Of a stretch of 64,000 bases of DNA, positions 35,903 to 49,052 are shown piece by piece. A program made the position numbers and the translations under genes. The DNA comes from Chiloscyllium plagiosum (taxonomy: Eukaryota). The DNA is taken from the NCBI RefSeq assembly GCF_004010195.1, contig NC_057718.1, positions 9,443,760-9,507,759 on the forward strand. Reading direction: 5' to 3'. Positions within the stretch are counted from its first letter, which is position 1. Every line of letters begins with the position of its first letter. Under the pieces are notes generated by a model. It did no database searches, was not told the DNA's origin, and worked only from the letters and a program-made list of their open reading frames with translations.

Positions 35903-37547
35903 CACAAGAAAGCCCTACACTCAGCTGCTTGGGCCCTAAACTCTAGAATTGCCTCCTTAAACTGCCCCAACTCTCTCTCTCTCTCCACCTTCAAGATGCT
36001 CCTTACAACCTTTCTCTTTCACTAAGCATTGGCTATTCATCCTACGACCTTCTTATGTGGCTCAATTCTTTTTCTGTATGACACCCCTCTTGAGACATTT
36101 TACAATGGTAATGCTGCTGTCACTGCCACTGGACAGTCTTATAAGGGAAGGTTAGCCAGGCTGGGCTGATATCCACTGCATACTGGAAGAGTAGGAGGCA
36201 ACTTGTTTGAAGTGTATTAGATCCCGAGGAATCTTGACAGGATGAATATAAAGGGAATGTTTCATTTTATTAGAGAATCTATGACAAGGCTCACTGTTTA
36301 AAAATAACGGGTCGGCTGTTTACAACAGAGATAAGGCAAAATTGTTTTCTTTCAGAGGCTCATGAGTCTTTGAACGAATGAGTGAATGGTTTATTTATTG
36401 TCACTTGCATTTTACAGTGAATAATGCAGTAAAACACACTGAGAAGCTTCAAGACAGTCTGTGTGGAGTTTGCATGTTCTCCCTGTGTCTGTGTGGGCTT
36501 CCTCCCTCTGTCCAAAGAGGTGTAGGTTAGGATGGACTGTCTGGGCTAAATTGCAGTATCCAGGAATGTGCAAGCTAGGCCCACCTCCCCAAAACCACCG
36601 CCAATGCAGGGACCCGTGCTGAGCGTACACTTGTCAGGCAACCAGGAGATCTTGGCTCTGCTGTGGCCTTGATGATGCCAAGAGTCCTGGCTCCAGGCAT
36701 ACCATGCTGCCACCTCGCTAACACCAGGAGTCCCTTCTCTGGGCCTACAGCAATCACAAGTCCCTGGCTCCACTGCCAGACCAGGCCACCACTGTCTCAC
36801 TTAAAGTCCCTTCCCCGAGATGTTGCCTTGCCAACGCCGCCATCTTAGAAAAGTCCACAGCCGACAATCATCCTTGCAGCCGCCACTGCCTCCAGTCACC
36901 ACGAGGAGGCGCCATCCACACAATGCCTGCTCTCTCTACCTCACCGTTGTCGCTAACTGATCCGCCACAAAGGATTCCAAAATAAAGAAAGAGGGAAAGA
37001 AAAACATGAAAGAAAAAGAGCAGAAGTGAAAAAAGACAAAACCAAAAAGAAAGCATATGGGAACGAGTGAGCCCAGGGCAAGCGCCTGCACGCAGGGCTG
37101 CTACTGTGCTGCCATCTTGAATCAACTGAAACAGAGACCTTGGATATTTTAAGGTGGAGGTGGATAGATTGTCTAGAAGCAAGGGAGCAGATGAAAGGGT
37201 TTGGGCAGGGATTAGATGGGAATGTGGAGTTGAGGAGATGAACAGATTAAGCACATTCTCATTAAATAATAGAGCAAGGTTGAAGGGCTGAATGGCCTAC
37301 TTAATCTCCAAGTATGTGTGCTTGCCCACAAATACAGGTTGTTGTTGTGTTGGAGCGGCTTCTTTTGGAGCGGGTGTCAAATTAGCAGAAAGAGGAACCC
37401 AGTGTTTTATACCCTGTATGGTCAAATAAAACACACTAGTGAGACCTCAGTGGGAGTACAGTGTACTCTATCTCCTGGATGCCACATTATAAGGAGAGAA
37501 TACACCCGTGGATTATAAGAACCAGCCTAAAGCTTAGAAGTTTCCTG

Positions 37548-37838
37548 GTGGCATGGTGGCTCAATGGTTAGTGTTGCTGCCTCATAGCACCAGGGGCCCA
37601 AGTTTGATTCCAGCCTCGGGCGACCGTTTGTGTGGAGTTTGCACGTTTGCCCCGTGTCTGTGTGGGTTTCCTCTGGGTGCTCCAGTTTCCCCTCACAGTC
37701 ACAAAGATGTGCAGGTTAGGTGGATTGGCTGTGGGAAATGTAGGGTAAAGGGGTGTGCCTGGGTCGGATGTTCTTTGGAAGGTTGGTGTGGACTCTATAG
37801 GCCAAATGGCTTGCTGCTACACAGTAGGGAGTCTATGA
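37548..37838 (+). mobile_element. HE1-type SINE within a decayed CR1
   Basis: tggctcaatggttag...tgtggagtttgcacg...ctatga. Confidence 0.8.
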
Positions 37839-38399
37839 TATTGGGACTGTTCTCCTTGGGGAGACGATTTGACAGAGATTTTCAAAACCATCCGTGGGCT
37901 TGATAGGCCAAAAATGTTGCTGCTCGCAAAAAGATCAAGAAGGAGGGAGCGGAGGGGGGTGCTCGTGAGGATTTAAAGTGACTTGTAAATGAAGTGATGT
38001 AAGAAAAGCCTTTTCCACACAGCGAACATGTTGGGTGTGGAAGGTGTAGCCTGGAAATGTGGGGGAGGCAGGTTCAACTGAGGGACTCAAGAGGAGATTG
38101 GGTGGTTATTTGAATAGAAATGGCGTGCACTAAGTAATATGTGGAAAAGACGGGAGATTGGCGCTGGGTAACGAGGCACGTTTGCAGAGCTGGTGCACGC
38201 AGGTATGCTGGGCTGAATGGCCTCCCTTTTGCTGTAACTATCCTGTGAATGTGTGATTCTGTGCCCTGGGGATAATTTCCAGGCCGTGTTTTGATCTGAC
38301 TGCAGGGACACTGGCTGTGTTTGGATGTTAGAGAAGGCGATCACTTTGTCTTCCCCAGGCTGGTTTGAACTGTCAACGACAGCTCCCGATAGTGCTCTC

Positions 38400-38510
38400 C
38401 AACATGGCCCTATTTAGCAATGCTCCAAATAAGCCCTCGCGGCTGAGCAGCAGCTGCACATTGGTTAGCTTACTGTCTGTATGAAGCAAATAGCTATAAT
38501 TAACCACAGC
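38400..38510. promoter_or_regulatory. Candidate muscle enhancer about 1.8 kb upstream of the first coding exon
   Basis: Two 1-mismatch CArG-like boxes (CCTATTTAGC 38409-18, CCAAATAAGC 38425-34), E-box CAGCTG 38451-56 and MEF2-consensus CTATAATTAA 38494-503. Confidence 0.35.
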
Positions 38511-39367
38511 ATATGTTACTGCACAGTGTCTGTCTTAAAGGGAAATCCCTCTATAACTCATCACACTCTGGCAAAAACTCAGTTCAATCTACACCTTTAG
38601 CCCCAAGCATCCATTCACCTCCTACTCACCAGTCTCTGTGGGAGCTTGCTGAGCGTAAAGCACCTTGGGAGACCCTGCACTTGCAAAAGGCGCTATATGA
38701 ATGCAAGTTCCTGATTCTTTCTTGATGCACCCTGGTCTCTGTTATCAGACAGGAGCCTGTCCAATCTGCAACACCGGCAGATTTCATCTTCTGGCCCCTC
38801 CTGAGACCACAGATCAGGGATTAACAGTAATGCCAAATATAGGCCAGCTATTAGTTCAGTGGAAGTCTGTGCCATGATCTGGTGTGTATAAACAACTTAC
38901 ATTTATAAAGCCCCAACATACATATAAGGAGCAGCAGGAGGCCATGCAGCCCCCTCAAGCCTGCAGCACCATTCTAAAAGATTGTGATTGACTTGTTTGT
39001 GGCCCCAGCTCTACTTTCTCACTAACCCCCACCTTCTTCCTGCCCTCTGAGCTGATCCTCTGACTCTGTTATTAATCAGGAGTACATTGCATCTGCCTTA
39101 AATAATCCCACCTCTAGTGATCTCTACAGAAGAGAATTCCAACGGGTCGCGACTCTCTGAGAGAAATTTTCTTCATCTCTCTCTTAAATAGGCGACCCCC
39201 TTATTTTTTGAACGTTGACCCTCCCCCGGTACTAGTCTCTCCCATGAGGGGAAACATCATTTCAGCATTTCGGGATGTTACCTTGCTCAGCCAGCTCACC
39301 CCTCATTCATCTAAACTCCAGTAGATCGCTAAACCCGCTGTGCGTCAAATCCACACCCCTTTGGCTG

Positions 39368-39387
39368 AAAGAGAGAGAAGGATAGAT

Positions 39388-39427
<40 letters not shown>

Positions 39428-39440
39428 CGAGAGAGAAGAT
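39368..39440. repeat. (GA)n microsatellite
   Basis: Direct inspection. Confidence 0.9.
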
Positions 39441-40264
39441 AGGGTATCTCTGGGGAACTGGCTCAAGTAAGCAAAAGAAAATCATTTAACTGGAGAAAAC
39501 TGTGGAAGTGAGGGACAGATTGGATTTCTACCTGAGCTCCAAAGTTAATTATTCCTCTCAAACAGGAAAGGTAGTGGACACGCATAATGGTCATATCATT
39601 GGAGGAAGCCTGACACTATTTAGGACAAAGCAGCCCGCTTGATTGACACCACATCCACAAGCATCCACTCCCTCCACTACCGACGCTCAGTAGCAGCAGG
39701 GTATACCACCCACAAGATACACTGCAGAAATTCACCCAAGACCCTTAGACAGTCCTTTTCAAACCCATAACTGCTTCCATCTAAAAGGACAAGGGAAATT
39801 GAGAGTTGGTGTCTCTGCCCTTTGAAACACTATTCAATTCACGGGGCATTAAGGATGGGCAATGAATGCTGGCCTTGACAGAGTCACCCGCATCGCCGTG
39901 GATCTGAAGTCACATGTAGGCCAGACCGGGTAAGGACAGCAGAACCCACAAGAGAACACACAATGGAAAAACAAAATCAGGTTACAACTCACCGCAGAGT
40001 TGCAGAGGTGAGGAACACTCAATCAGCAGCGACAACAGAAGAGAAAGTGGGAGGCTGGCATAGGGGACCAGCGGAGAATGCACTTCACTTTCCTGCTGTT
40101 GGGGTAGGAGAGTGATTGATGAAGGTCTCAGCAAGAATCAGAGCTTACTATGGGGAAGGGTCAATGATAAACATTGAGATTATGTGGGTCATTATTCCTG
40201 GGGTCAGGTTTGTCCAATGATGTAACATTCCTATTATCTCCTGTTTAGGCATTATTAATCAACA

Positions 40265-40784
40265 ATGGAGTACCAGGATACCATCACCACCAATTCTCAA
40301 GACCCTTCCGGCAGCACTGGAAGACAGGAGCCAGCCCAAGATTCAACATCAGGTCCGAGCACTGACCTCCCAGAACAGCCGAGGAAAGACGTTCCGGCTG
40401 AAAACGCCCAGGTGTCACCACGACAGCCAGAGGAGAAACCGGAAACTGTTGCGGCACTCGGTCAGGCACAGATGAAGACGACCCTCCTGAATCTGAAGGA
40501 GGAGGCTCCTGCTCAGGGAGAGACAGCCATCACTGACATCGCCGAGGATCTGGACAGGCAGCTGGAGGACATCATCAAAACCTACGGCTCAGGAGAAACC
40601 CTCCAGGGAAGGGAGGCCAAGGGGGAGACATCTGGAAGTCAGGCCCTGGACAATGGGGAGGGGATTTCCGAAGAGTGTATCGAGGAGGTTGGGAAATTGC
40701 AGCCAGAGGCCACAGTGCAGGCAGAAGCAAACAAGGAGATGGGCAAGGACCAGAAACTGGACAAGAAGAAGCTGAAAGGACTGG
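40265..40784 (+). CDS. TXLNB: Beta-taxilin-like, first coding exon (exon starts at 40249, ATG at 40265)
   Basis: Acceptor ctcctgtttag|G at 40248/9. Strong Kozak context ACAATGG with an in-frame upstream TAA (40256-58). Taxilin motif DIAEDLDRQLEDIIKTYGS and ...KLDKKKLKGLG. Phase-1 donor G|GTGAGT at 40785. Confidence 0.92.
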
Positions 40785-40914
40785 GTGAGTACCAAATTCA
40801 TTCCTCAATGAACATTTTCATCGAGAATAAAGGCACCCGAGCAGCCGTAGAGATTTCCAGTTTGTCTGCTGCTTAGGACACTCAACTGACACACTGATAC
40901 TTTAAGTTGGTCAC

Positions 40915-41325
40915 CTGGAGGAAGAACGTCCCACCTTCCATCTTGGGACCCTCCAACCACACGGGATCAACATCAATTTCACCAGTTTCCTCATCTCCTC
41001 TCCCCCCACCCCATCCCAGATCCAACCCTCCATCTTAGCACCACCTTCTTGACCTGTCCTACTGATCCATCTTCCTTCCCACCTCTCCATTCCACCCTCC
41101 CCACTGTCTTATCACCATCACCCCTCCAGCTGCATCTACCTATCACCTTCTCAGGTACCATCCCCCCAGCCCCACACCCCTTCCTATTTATCTCTCAGCC
41201 CCCTTCTGCATCTCTGCCCCCCAGTCCTCCAACATTCCTGATGGAGGGCTTATGCCTGACACATCGATTCTCCTGCTCCTCGGATGCTGCCTGACCGGCT
41301 GTGCTTTTCCAGCACCACACTTGTT
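40915..41325 (+). mobile_element. PLE 3' fragment with degenerate hammerhead
   Basis: LEEERPTFHLGTLQPHGINI remnant. CTGATGG...GACAC mutated core at about 41234-70. Confidence 0.7.
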
Positions 41326-41664
41326 GATATAACTTTCCAGCCAGCTTCTAAAATACATCTTGTAATAAATCCTTTTCAATTTTATTTACTGGTTTTATTG
41401 AACTACTCAGATGCTGCTAAGAGAGAGGACGTCAAACACCAAAAGAGGACCCAGACTCCAGTTAAATGTTGGCGGACATTACTGTGATACAGATCCTATC
41501 ACACATGTCTAGTTACTAAACTAAAAGTGCCCTTTACTAGACCCCTGCTGAAATTTCTTTGCCTCAAACGTTTTGCCGTCAGAGTTGGCAAACATCTCCA
41601 ATTGCTGGAGACTGAATCTGCCTCCATCAGGAAGTGCAATCCACATCCAGTCGCTGCTTAAAAG

Positions 41665-42645
41665 GCTATGACAACGGATGAATGGGCACCGCACAACAAT
41701 CAACAGACAGGAGGGTTCCCTCCTAGTCGGGGAACACTTCAGTGGTCCAGGACATTCAGCCTCGGACCTTCGGGTGACCATCCTCCAAGGCGGACTTCAG
41801 GACAGGCAGCAGCGAAAAGTGGCCGAGCAAAGACTGATTGCTAAGTTTGGTACCCATAGTGAGGGCCTCAACCAGGATCTTGGGTTCATGTCACATTACA
41901 GGTGACCACCATTGCACTATACACACACACACAGGCACTCCTATACACACATACACATGGACACACACATATACACAGACGCGCACACAGACACCCACAC
42001 ATACCCTTACAGACACACACACTCCCACACTCACACATGCATCCCCTCACAGACTTAAGACACTCTACACTCACTACACACACACATACACTTTCTCACA
42101 CTCACAACCCCCTACCCAGACAGACAGACAAAGACCCACATGCACACATATATTTTGTGGGGTGAATTTGTACTTGCAGGGTTACATTGTACTTTGCACA
42201 AAACTGCATGCATTCATGTAGAACTCTGTTATCTCACTTTTTAGATTAGAATCAATCTAAACATCATGGCATAGACAGAGAACACAGGGGGCTAACACCT
42301 TCAACATATTGTCTAGCTATCACCATTGTTAACAGCTAACCTGAGAATGCAACTTTATTAAAAAAAGGTTTTGTGATTTACACATGAAAGAAGTGAAACT
42401 ATCATAGTATTCAAACAGATGGAAGACTTAGCAATCAATTTTTCAATGTATAATTTCAGTTACATCACACTGTAAACTTTTGCTATAAATTCTGCGTTTT
42501 AGGATTGAGTCCTCCACTATCACCTGATGAAGGAGCAATGCTCCGAAAGCTAGTGTGCTTCCAATTAAACCTGTTGGACTATAACCTGGTGTTGTGTGTT
42601 TTTTAACTTTGTGCACCCCAGTCCAACACCGGTCTCTCCGAATCA
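41665..42645 (+). mobile_element. Penelope-like element: GIY-YIG C-terminus, CA-rich 3' region, family-B hammerhead
   Basis: RMNGHR...VGEHFSGPGHS.SDL.V..LQG......RKVAEQRLIAKFGTH..GLN. Hammerhead at 42521-42555. Confidence 0.85.
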
Positions 42646-43679
42646 TGGTTAAATAGGTTTTCTTCAAGTCACCATTGATTCCATTGGCAGTCACCTTGAA
42701 TCAGTGATCTCTGATCCTGAACCCTTCTCCCCGTCTGCTCTGTCCGGACCGCACAAGATTTGCACCATCTCTAACAAGCTACCCGCCCACCTTCTCCTTC
42801 AGAGAAAGGAGACCTTCCTCCCATCCAGCTTAACCCCATCCACCCTCCCCCTCAACCCCCTCCCCTTTAACAGCACTCCCCCTCAACCCTCTCNNNNNNN
42901 NNNNNNNNNNNNNNNNNNNNNNNNNNNNNNNNNNNNNNNNNNNNNNNNNNNNNNNNNNNNNNNNNNNNNNNNNNNNNNNNNNNNNNNNNNNNNNNNNNNN
43001 NNNNNNNNNNNNNNNNNNNNNNNNNNNNNNNNNNNNNNNNNNNNNNNNNNNNNNNNNNNNNNNNNNNNNNNNNNNNNNNNNNNNNNNNNNNNNNNNNNNN
43101 NNNNNNNNNNNNNNNNNNNNNNNNNNNNNNNNNNNNNNNNNNNNNNNNNNNNNNNNNNNNNNNNNNNNNNNNNNNNNNNNNNNNNNNNNNNNNNNNNNNN
43201 NNNNNNNNNNNNNNNNNNNNNNNNNNNNNNNNNNNNNNNNNNNNNNCTTCCCAAACCCCTCCCCCTCAATCCCATTCCCCTTTTCCCCTTTCAACTCCCT
43301 CTCCCCTCAACTCCATCCACCCTCTCCCTCCCCCATCACCCACCAACACAAATTGGTCGACTCACAACGACAGATGACTGTTATTGCCCCCCCTCCAGGG
43401 TGGGTGGGAATGAGATACACAGCTTCTGGGAGCCATTTAAATGGTGGGGGGCAAGCACAAAAAACAGCCCCGAACGGCCTTTCTCTGTCCAAATGCCCCT
43501 GTGATCCTGTCGTCTCTGCCTTCAGTGAGTTTCCTTAACTTCCTTCCTGATCGATGGGCCTACCTTCTCCTCAATGCATTGTGGAGTCTTTCATTTCACA
43601 AAAGATTGTCCACACATGTTTTATTTTCCATTGTTGAGACACCTCAAGCAAACAACATAGCTATGTTTCCAATTTAAAC

Positions 43680-43940
43680 TCCTCGGGCAACTGTCTGTGT
43701 GGAGTTTGCACACTCTCCCCGTGTCTGTGTGGGTTTCCTCCGGGTGCTCCGGTTTCCTCCCACAATCCAAGGATGTGCAGGCCAGGTGAATTGGCCATGC
43801 TAAATTGCTCACAGTGTTTGGTGCATTAGTCGGGGGTAAATATAGGGTAGGAGAATGGGTCTGGGGGGGTTTACTCTTCGGACGGTCGGCGTGGACCTGT
43901 TGGGCCAAAGGGCCTGTTTCCATAATATAGGGAATCTAAT
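43680..43940 (+). mobile_element. HE1-type SINE, 5'-truncated
   Basis: V-domain tgtggagtttgcac and aatctaatc tail. Confidence 0.82.
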
Positions 43941-44427
43941 CAAAGAATCTAAACCCTCTGTTGCACCTCGCGGAGCCTCCTTCACCAAGGTCTCTGGGTG
44001 TTCTGAGTGTGGTTGCTTTTCTCTCTATCTCTCCAGGTATTTCTTACCAGCTCCTGAATAAGGTTTTTGAGTGTTGAGCCTACCTTATTGCTGCTTCCAT
44101 AGCTGCTACAGTCTTGCATTTCAGCTAATGATTAACTGTCTAAGATATGATGCAGGAACAGCAGCAGACCACTCAGCCCATCGAGTCTACTTCACCATTC
44201 AATGGGATCATCTGATAATCCTCAATTCCACCATCCTGCCTTTTCCCCATAACCCTCAATTCTATCACTAATGAAAAATCTATCTCCACATCAGCCTGTG
44301 TTTTCTTAAAGTGAAAATGCTCTCAAAGAAGTAAACTCACTTGCTTTTTGTTTATTTTTTTCTGGGTCTCAGGTTTCTTCTCCTTGTGGTAAGGGTCAGG
44401 TTGGCAATAACTGTGTGGTTTTATCCC

Positions 44428-44901
44428 ACAGAAAAGATTTACAAGGATGTTGCCAGGGTTGGAGGGTTTGAGCTACAGAGAGAGGCTGAACAGGCTGGGG
44501 CTGTTTTCCCTGGAGCGTCGAAGGCTGAGGGGTGATGCTATAGAGGCTTATAAAATCATGAGGGGCTTGGATTGATAAATAGACAAAGTCTTTTCCCTGG
44601 GGTGGGGGAGTCCAGTACTAGAGGGCATAGGTTTAGGGTGAGAAGGGACAGATTTAAAAGGGACCTAAAGCCCAACGTTTTCACGCAGGTGCATGTATGG
44701 AATGAGCTGCCAGAGGAAGTGGTGGAGGCTGGTACAATGACAACATTTAAAAGGAATCCGAATGGGTATATGAATAGGAAGGGTTTAAAGGAATGCAGGC
44801 CAAGTGCTGGCAAACGGGACTAGATTAATTTAGGATATTTGGCTGGCATGGACGCGTTGGACCAAAGGGTTCGTTTCCGTGCTGTATGGCTCTATGACTC
44901 T
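44428..44901 (+). mobile_element. CR1/HER1 3' fragment
   Basis: RFTRMLPG...WNELPEEVVEAG, with a ctatgact tail. Confidence 0.88.
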
Positions 44902-45385
44902 CGGACAATATGAAACTCTTGGTACCTCACCAGTACGTGGTAAAGGTTGGTTGGGGTAGGTCACTGCCACTAATCCACCTTTGTCTTTGTTTCTCCTGGA
45001 CCTATCTAGTGATGGTCAGTAGAGAATACAATGACATAGAGTATCTACAGAAGAGATACTGTTCTTGAATAACAAGAAGGTTTAATACATGAGAACAAAA
45101 GGTACAACGATTTTTGGTTAGACAGAATGACTAGGAACGTAGGGAGCTAGGACACATCCATCTGCTCCCTCCAAAAGCTACAGTGTAACCACCAACCCCA
45201 CAGAGTGAGTGCAATATCAGTAGAATGGTGGAGCCAATTGAAAATGAACATTAACCCCTTCAGAGCCATGACCTTATACAACAGTATGTTCTGTGGTAAT
45301 TTTTCTCCATGCCAGTCTACATGTTACTGCAGCCAGTGGGCATGTTGCTGAAGTAATCCTGTTGCCTCTTTCTTTTCCAACACAG

Positions 45386-45477
45386 GGAAGGAAGTTGCCG
45401 CTCTAATGCAGAACCTGAGTAAAACCAGCTCACCTGAGGAACGTCAGGATGCTCTCATTGGCAAGTACGCTGAACTG
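45386..45477 (+). CDS. TXLNB: Beta-taxilin-like coding exon 2 (92 bp)
   Basis: Acceptor tcttttccaacacag and donor CTG|GTCAGT. Completes the split Gly codon and reads GKEVAALMQNLSKTSSPEERQDALIGKYAEL, similar to taxilin GKEA.LLMQ.L...TPEEK......KYAEL. Confidence 0.92.
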
Positions 45478-45982
45478 GTCAGTAACCTTCATGTTTTTAC
45501 CTCTTCCCTTATAGCGAGACAGTGCCAGGGTAAGGAAACAATCCTTGGAAACATTCCCAAGTTACCAATTCATTTATTTTTATTCATTCACGAGATGAGG
45601 GTGTCGCTGGCTAGGCAGTATTTATTGCCTGCCTCTAATGCCCCGAGGGTAGTTAAGAGTCAACTACATTGCTGTGGGTCAAGAGTCACATGTAGGCCAG
45701 GCCGGGTCAGAATGGTAGCTTTCCTTCCCTGAATGTTATTAGTGAACCAAATGGGCTTTTCCAACAATTGCCAATTGGATTTATGGTCATCATTAGACTT
45801 CTAATTCCAGATATTAATTGCATTCAAATTCCACCATCTGCCATGGTGGGATTTGAACCTGGGTCCCCAGAACATTATCTGGCCTCTGGAGGAACAATCC
45901 CATGATAATACCACTAGGCTATTACCTCCCCTTGTTAATCTGGGGCACCAGTATCTTTAAGCTGTTTAACAATGAGGTACTT

Positions 45983-46575
45983 AGAAACCTTGGAGTGCAG
46001 GTTCATAGCTCCTTGAAAGTGGAGTCGCAGGTAGATAGGATAGTGAAGAAGGCGTTTAGTATGCTTTCCTTTATTGGTCAGAGTATTGAGTACAGGTGTT
46101 GGGAGGTCATGTTGCGGCTGTACAGGACATTGGTTAGGCTACTGTTGGAATATTGCGTGCAATTCTGGTCTCCTTCCTATCAGAAAGATGCTGTGAAACT
46201 TGAAAGGGCCCAATTACTACTGCTTTGCTCTTCTTCACCCTTCCCTTCTGAGTAACGGGGACAGGCTCCGTGCCAGAGGCCTGAGCCCCGTTACTTACCC
46301 CTGGTAAGTCGTCCCCCCCACAAGTATCCAAAACGGTATACTTGTTCTTGAGGGGGACGGCCGCAGGGGGTCCCTGCACTGGCTGCTTCCTCCCAGTCCC
46401 CCTCACTGTCACCCATCTATCTGCCATCTTTGGGGTTACTACTTCCCTATAACTCTGATCTATGGCCCCCTCTGCCTCCCGAATGATCCGAAGTTCATCC
46501 AACTCCAGCTCCAGTTCCCTAACACGGTCTTGGAGGAGATGGAGATGGGTGCACTTCCTGCAAGTGTAATCGGCA
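45983..46575. mobile_element. Chimeric CR1: + strand RT 3' piece (45983-46207) fused to a - strand ORF1-like piece (46208-46575)
   Basis: + strand LGVQVHSSLK...LEYCVQFWSP. - strand ELRIIREAE...WVTVR...VPLKNKYTVLD...AVVIG, a region that typically precedes the CR1 ORF1 esterase. Confidence 0.75.
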
Positions 46576-46745
46576 GGAAAAAAAAAATTTGGAGTGAAAA
46601 ATTAGTCTCGGTGATGGTAAAATAATCATCAATTGTCACGAATATCCATCTGGTCCTTGTCTGGTCTGGCCTACACATGACTCTAGACAACAATGTGTGT
46701 CTTAATTGCTTTTGAGGGATAAGCAACAAATATTAGGATTGTCAC

Positions 46746-47373
46746 TGAGATGATGCTGTTGCATTCGAGAGGTTATTTTTGTCCTGGTTTTCTTTTCTCA
46801 AAGAGAAATTGTAAGGCAAAGGTAGCGAGCTGTCTCTAAGAAAGCAAACAATTTGTGAGGCTTTGGGGAGTTTTTTAAAGCAGCCTGGGTGTGGCTGGCT
46901 CTCACAGACCATGCTTTCTCGTTTTTATTTATGCTGTAGAGATGTTGGTGTTGGACCGGGATGGACAAAGTCAGAAATCACACGACACCAGGTTGTAGCC
47001 TAACAGGTTCATTTCAAGTCACAAGCTTTCTGAGCACTGCCCCTTTGTCAAGTGAAATCCAGGAAGGAGCAGTGCTCCAAAAGCTTGCGATTTCAAATAA
47101 ACCTGTTGGGCTGTAACCTGGTGTCGCGTGACTTCTGCCTGCTACTCTCTCTGAATTTTCTCTCGATGTGTTTTTCCTCCCAGATTGGAGAACTGCGCGT
47201 GAGAATCTGTGTCTTTTAACTACGTTGTTTAAATCAATTGTGTTTTGCTTAATGTTGAGTAGTCGACCAGCCACATTGCATCTGGGACAGACACATCATA
47301 ATTGCCTTTAAAATAAGAAAAAGATAGGCTACCTTCTAAAATATTTTGAGGAGGTCTGATCTGGTCCATAACA
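46746..47373 (+). mobile_element. LTR (same family as 19719-20384) with nested PLE palindrome at about 46940-47135
   Basis: Ends ...gatctggtccataaca, the reverse complement of the 19719 start. Internal inverted arms. Confidence 0.6.
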
Positions 47374-47449
47374 TAAGCAACAGCTAAACCTTTTTAAAAA
47401 ACCATTGACCAGATAGAGATCAATGGCTGATAATAACATCCCCTTTGTG

Positions 47450-48470
47450 ACCCAATGGCATGGAATACAATTGTAGCTCCCCCTGGTAAGGTTATTCACT
47501 TTGGAAGCAAGAGGGCAGACTACTGCCTGAATGGCTGTAAGTTGGGAGAGGGGAGTGTACAGGGGTAGCTGCGTGCCCTTATACACCAGTCGCTGAAGGT
47601 AAGTATGTAGGTACAGCAGGGGGTAAAGAAGGCCTTCATTGAGAGAGGTTTCGAGAACAGTCGCAGGGATGTGTTGTTGCAGTAATACAGGGCCTTGGTA
47701 AGGCCACACCTATTGTGTATGGTTTTGGTCTCCTTTTCTGAGGAAAGATGCTCTTGCTCTCGAGGGAGTGTAGTGAAGGCTGATTCTGGGCATAGCCAGA
47801 CAGATGTATAAGGAGAGATTGTTAGGATTGTCTTCGCTGGAGTTCAGACGAGTGAGGGGGGAGGGGGAATCTCATTGAGACCTATAAAAGGACTAGAGAC
47901 AGGGTAGGTGCAGGGAGGATGTTCCCGAAGGTGGGTCCAGAAATCACAGTCTGAGGATTCGGGGTTGATCATTTAGGATGGAAACAATGAGACCTTACTT
48001 CACCTAAGGAGTGATGAGCCTGTGGGATTCATTACCATAGGAAGTAGTTGATGCCAAACATTGAATGTACAGAATGACCACAATACTCGGGGAGTCGGTT
48101 TCAGCGGCTTCAGTTACCCGTGGTTTACCACGGCCTGAACATATTGCAGGGAACGTTCTAGAACCAGGGACCAGGGGCTGCTGGGAAGGTTGATTGCCCA
48201 TTTAAATGAATGCGTTTGCACCTATCTGCGGTTTTAGGCTTCTGCGATAGGTCTTGAACCGTATCCCCCATGGGTATGGGGGGACTACGGTATCCAAGAG
48301 GCAACTAGAAATAGCACTTGGGGTGAATGGGATCAAGGGTTATGGGGAGAAAGCAGGATTAGGCCAATGAGCTGGACGATCAGCCATGATCGTGATGAAT
48401 GGCGGAGCAGGCCCGAAGGACCGAGTGGCCTCCTCTTGCTCCGACCTTCCATGTTTCTGTGGTTCTATGT
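47450..48470 (+). mobile_element. Decayed CR1 with a TA-flanked Tigger-like MITE (48070-48290)
   Basis: YRALVRPH..C..FWSP remnant. The insert is bounded by TA and ends gggggactacgg. Confidence 0.6.
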
Positions 48471-48769
48471 AACTGTAAGCCTGATTAAAGTGATTGAACA
48501 TCAACAATTCCCTCTGTACAATTGTGGGATTCACCGTATACGGCTGGGAAAGAGCACTTAAAATAATCACACAACAACAACTGCATTTATATGGTTGATA
48601 AAGGTAGGTCCTGAAGTGCAGCTTAAAGATGGATGAAGAATTAGAGAGGCAGAGAGTTGGAAAATGAGCTCTAAAACATAGGGTGTTGGTAATCAACTTG
48701 GTGATGCTTGGGGGGATCACAGTGGGGTTTGTAGGACTGGGGAAAGAAACACGGATATTAGTTAAGATA

Positions 48770-49052
48770 CAGTTTAAGGTAAGTGGGTAAGGAGTAAAAG
48801 GGAACCTGAGGGGCAATGTTTTTGCACAGAGGGTGGTACGCATATGGAATGTGCTGCCAGTGGAAGTGGTTGAGGCGGGTACATTAACAACATTTAAAAG
48901 GCTTTTGGACAAATACATGGATAGGAAAGGATATGGGCCAAGTGCAGGGAAATGGAGTGAGCATAGATGGATATTTTGGTCAGCGTGGACTAGTTGGTGC
49001 CAAAAGGCCTGTCTCCGTGCTGTAGGACTCCAAGGCTCTAGGACTCTATGAC
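48770..49052 (+). mobile_element. CR1/HER1 3' fragment
   Basis: RVVRIWNVLPVEVVEAG...FKRLLDKYM. Confidence 0.82.

Noticed and set aside
45010..45283. Possible solo LTR (TG...CA)
   Set aside because: No matching TSD and no second copy in the window.
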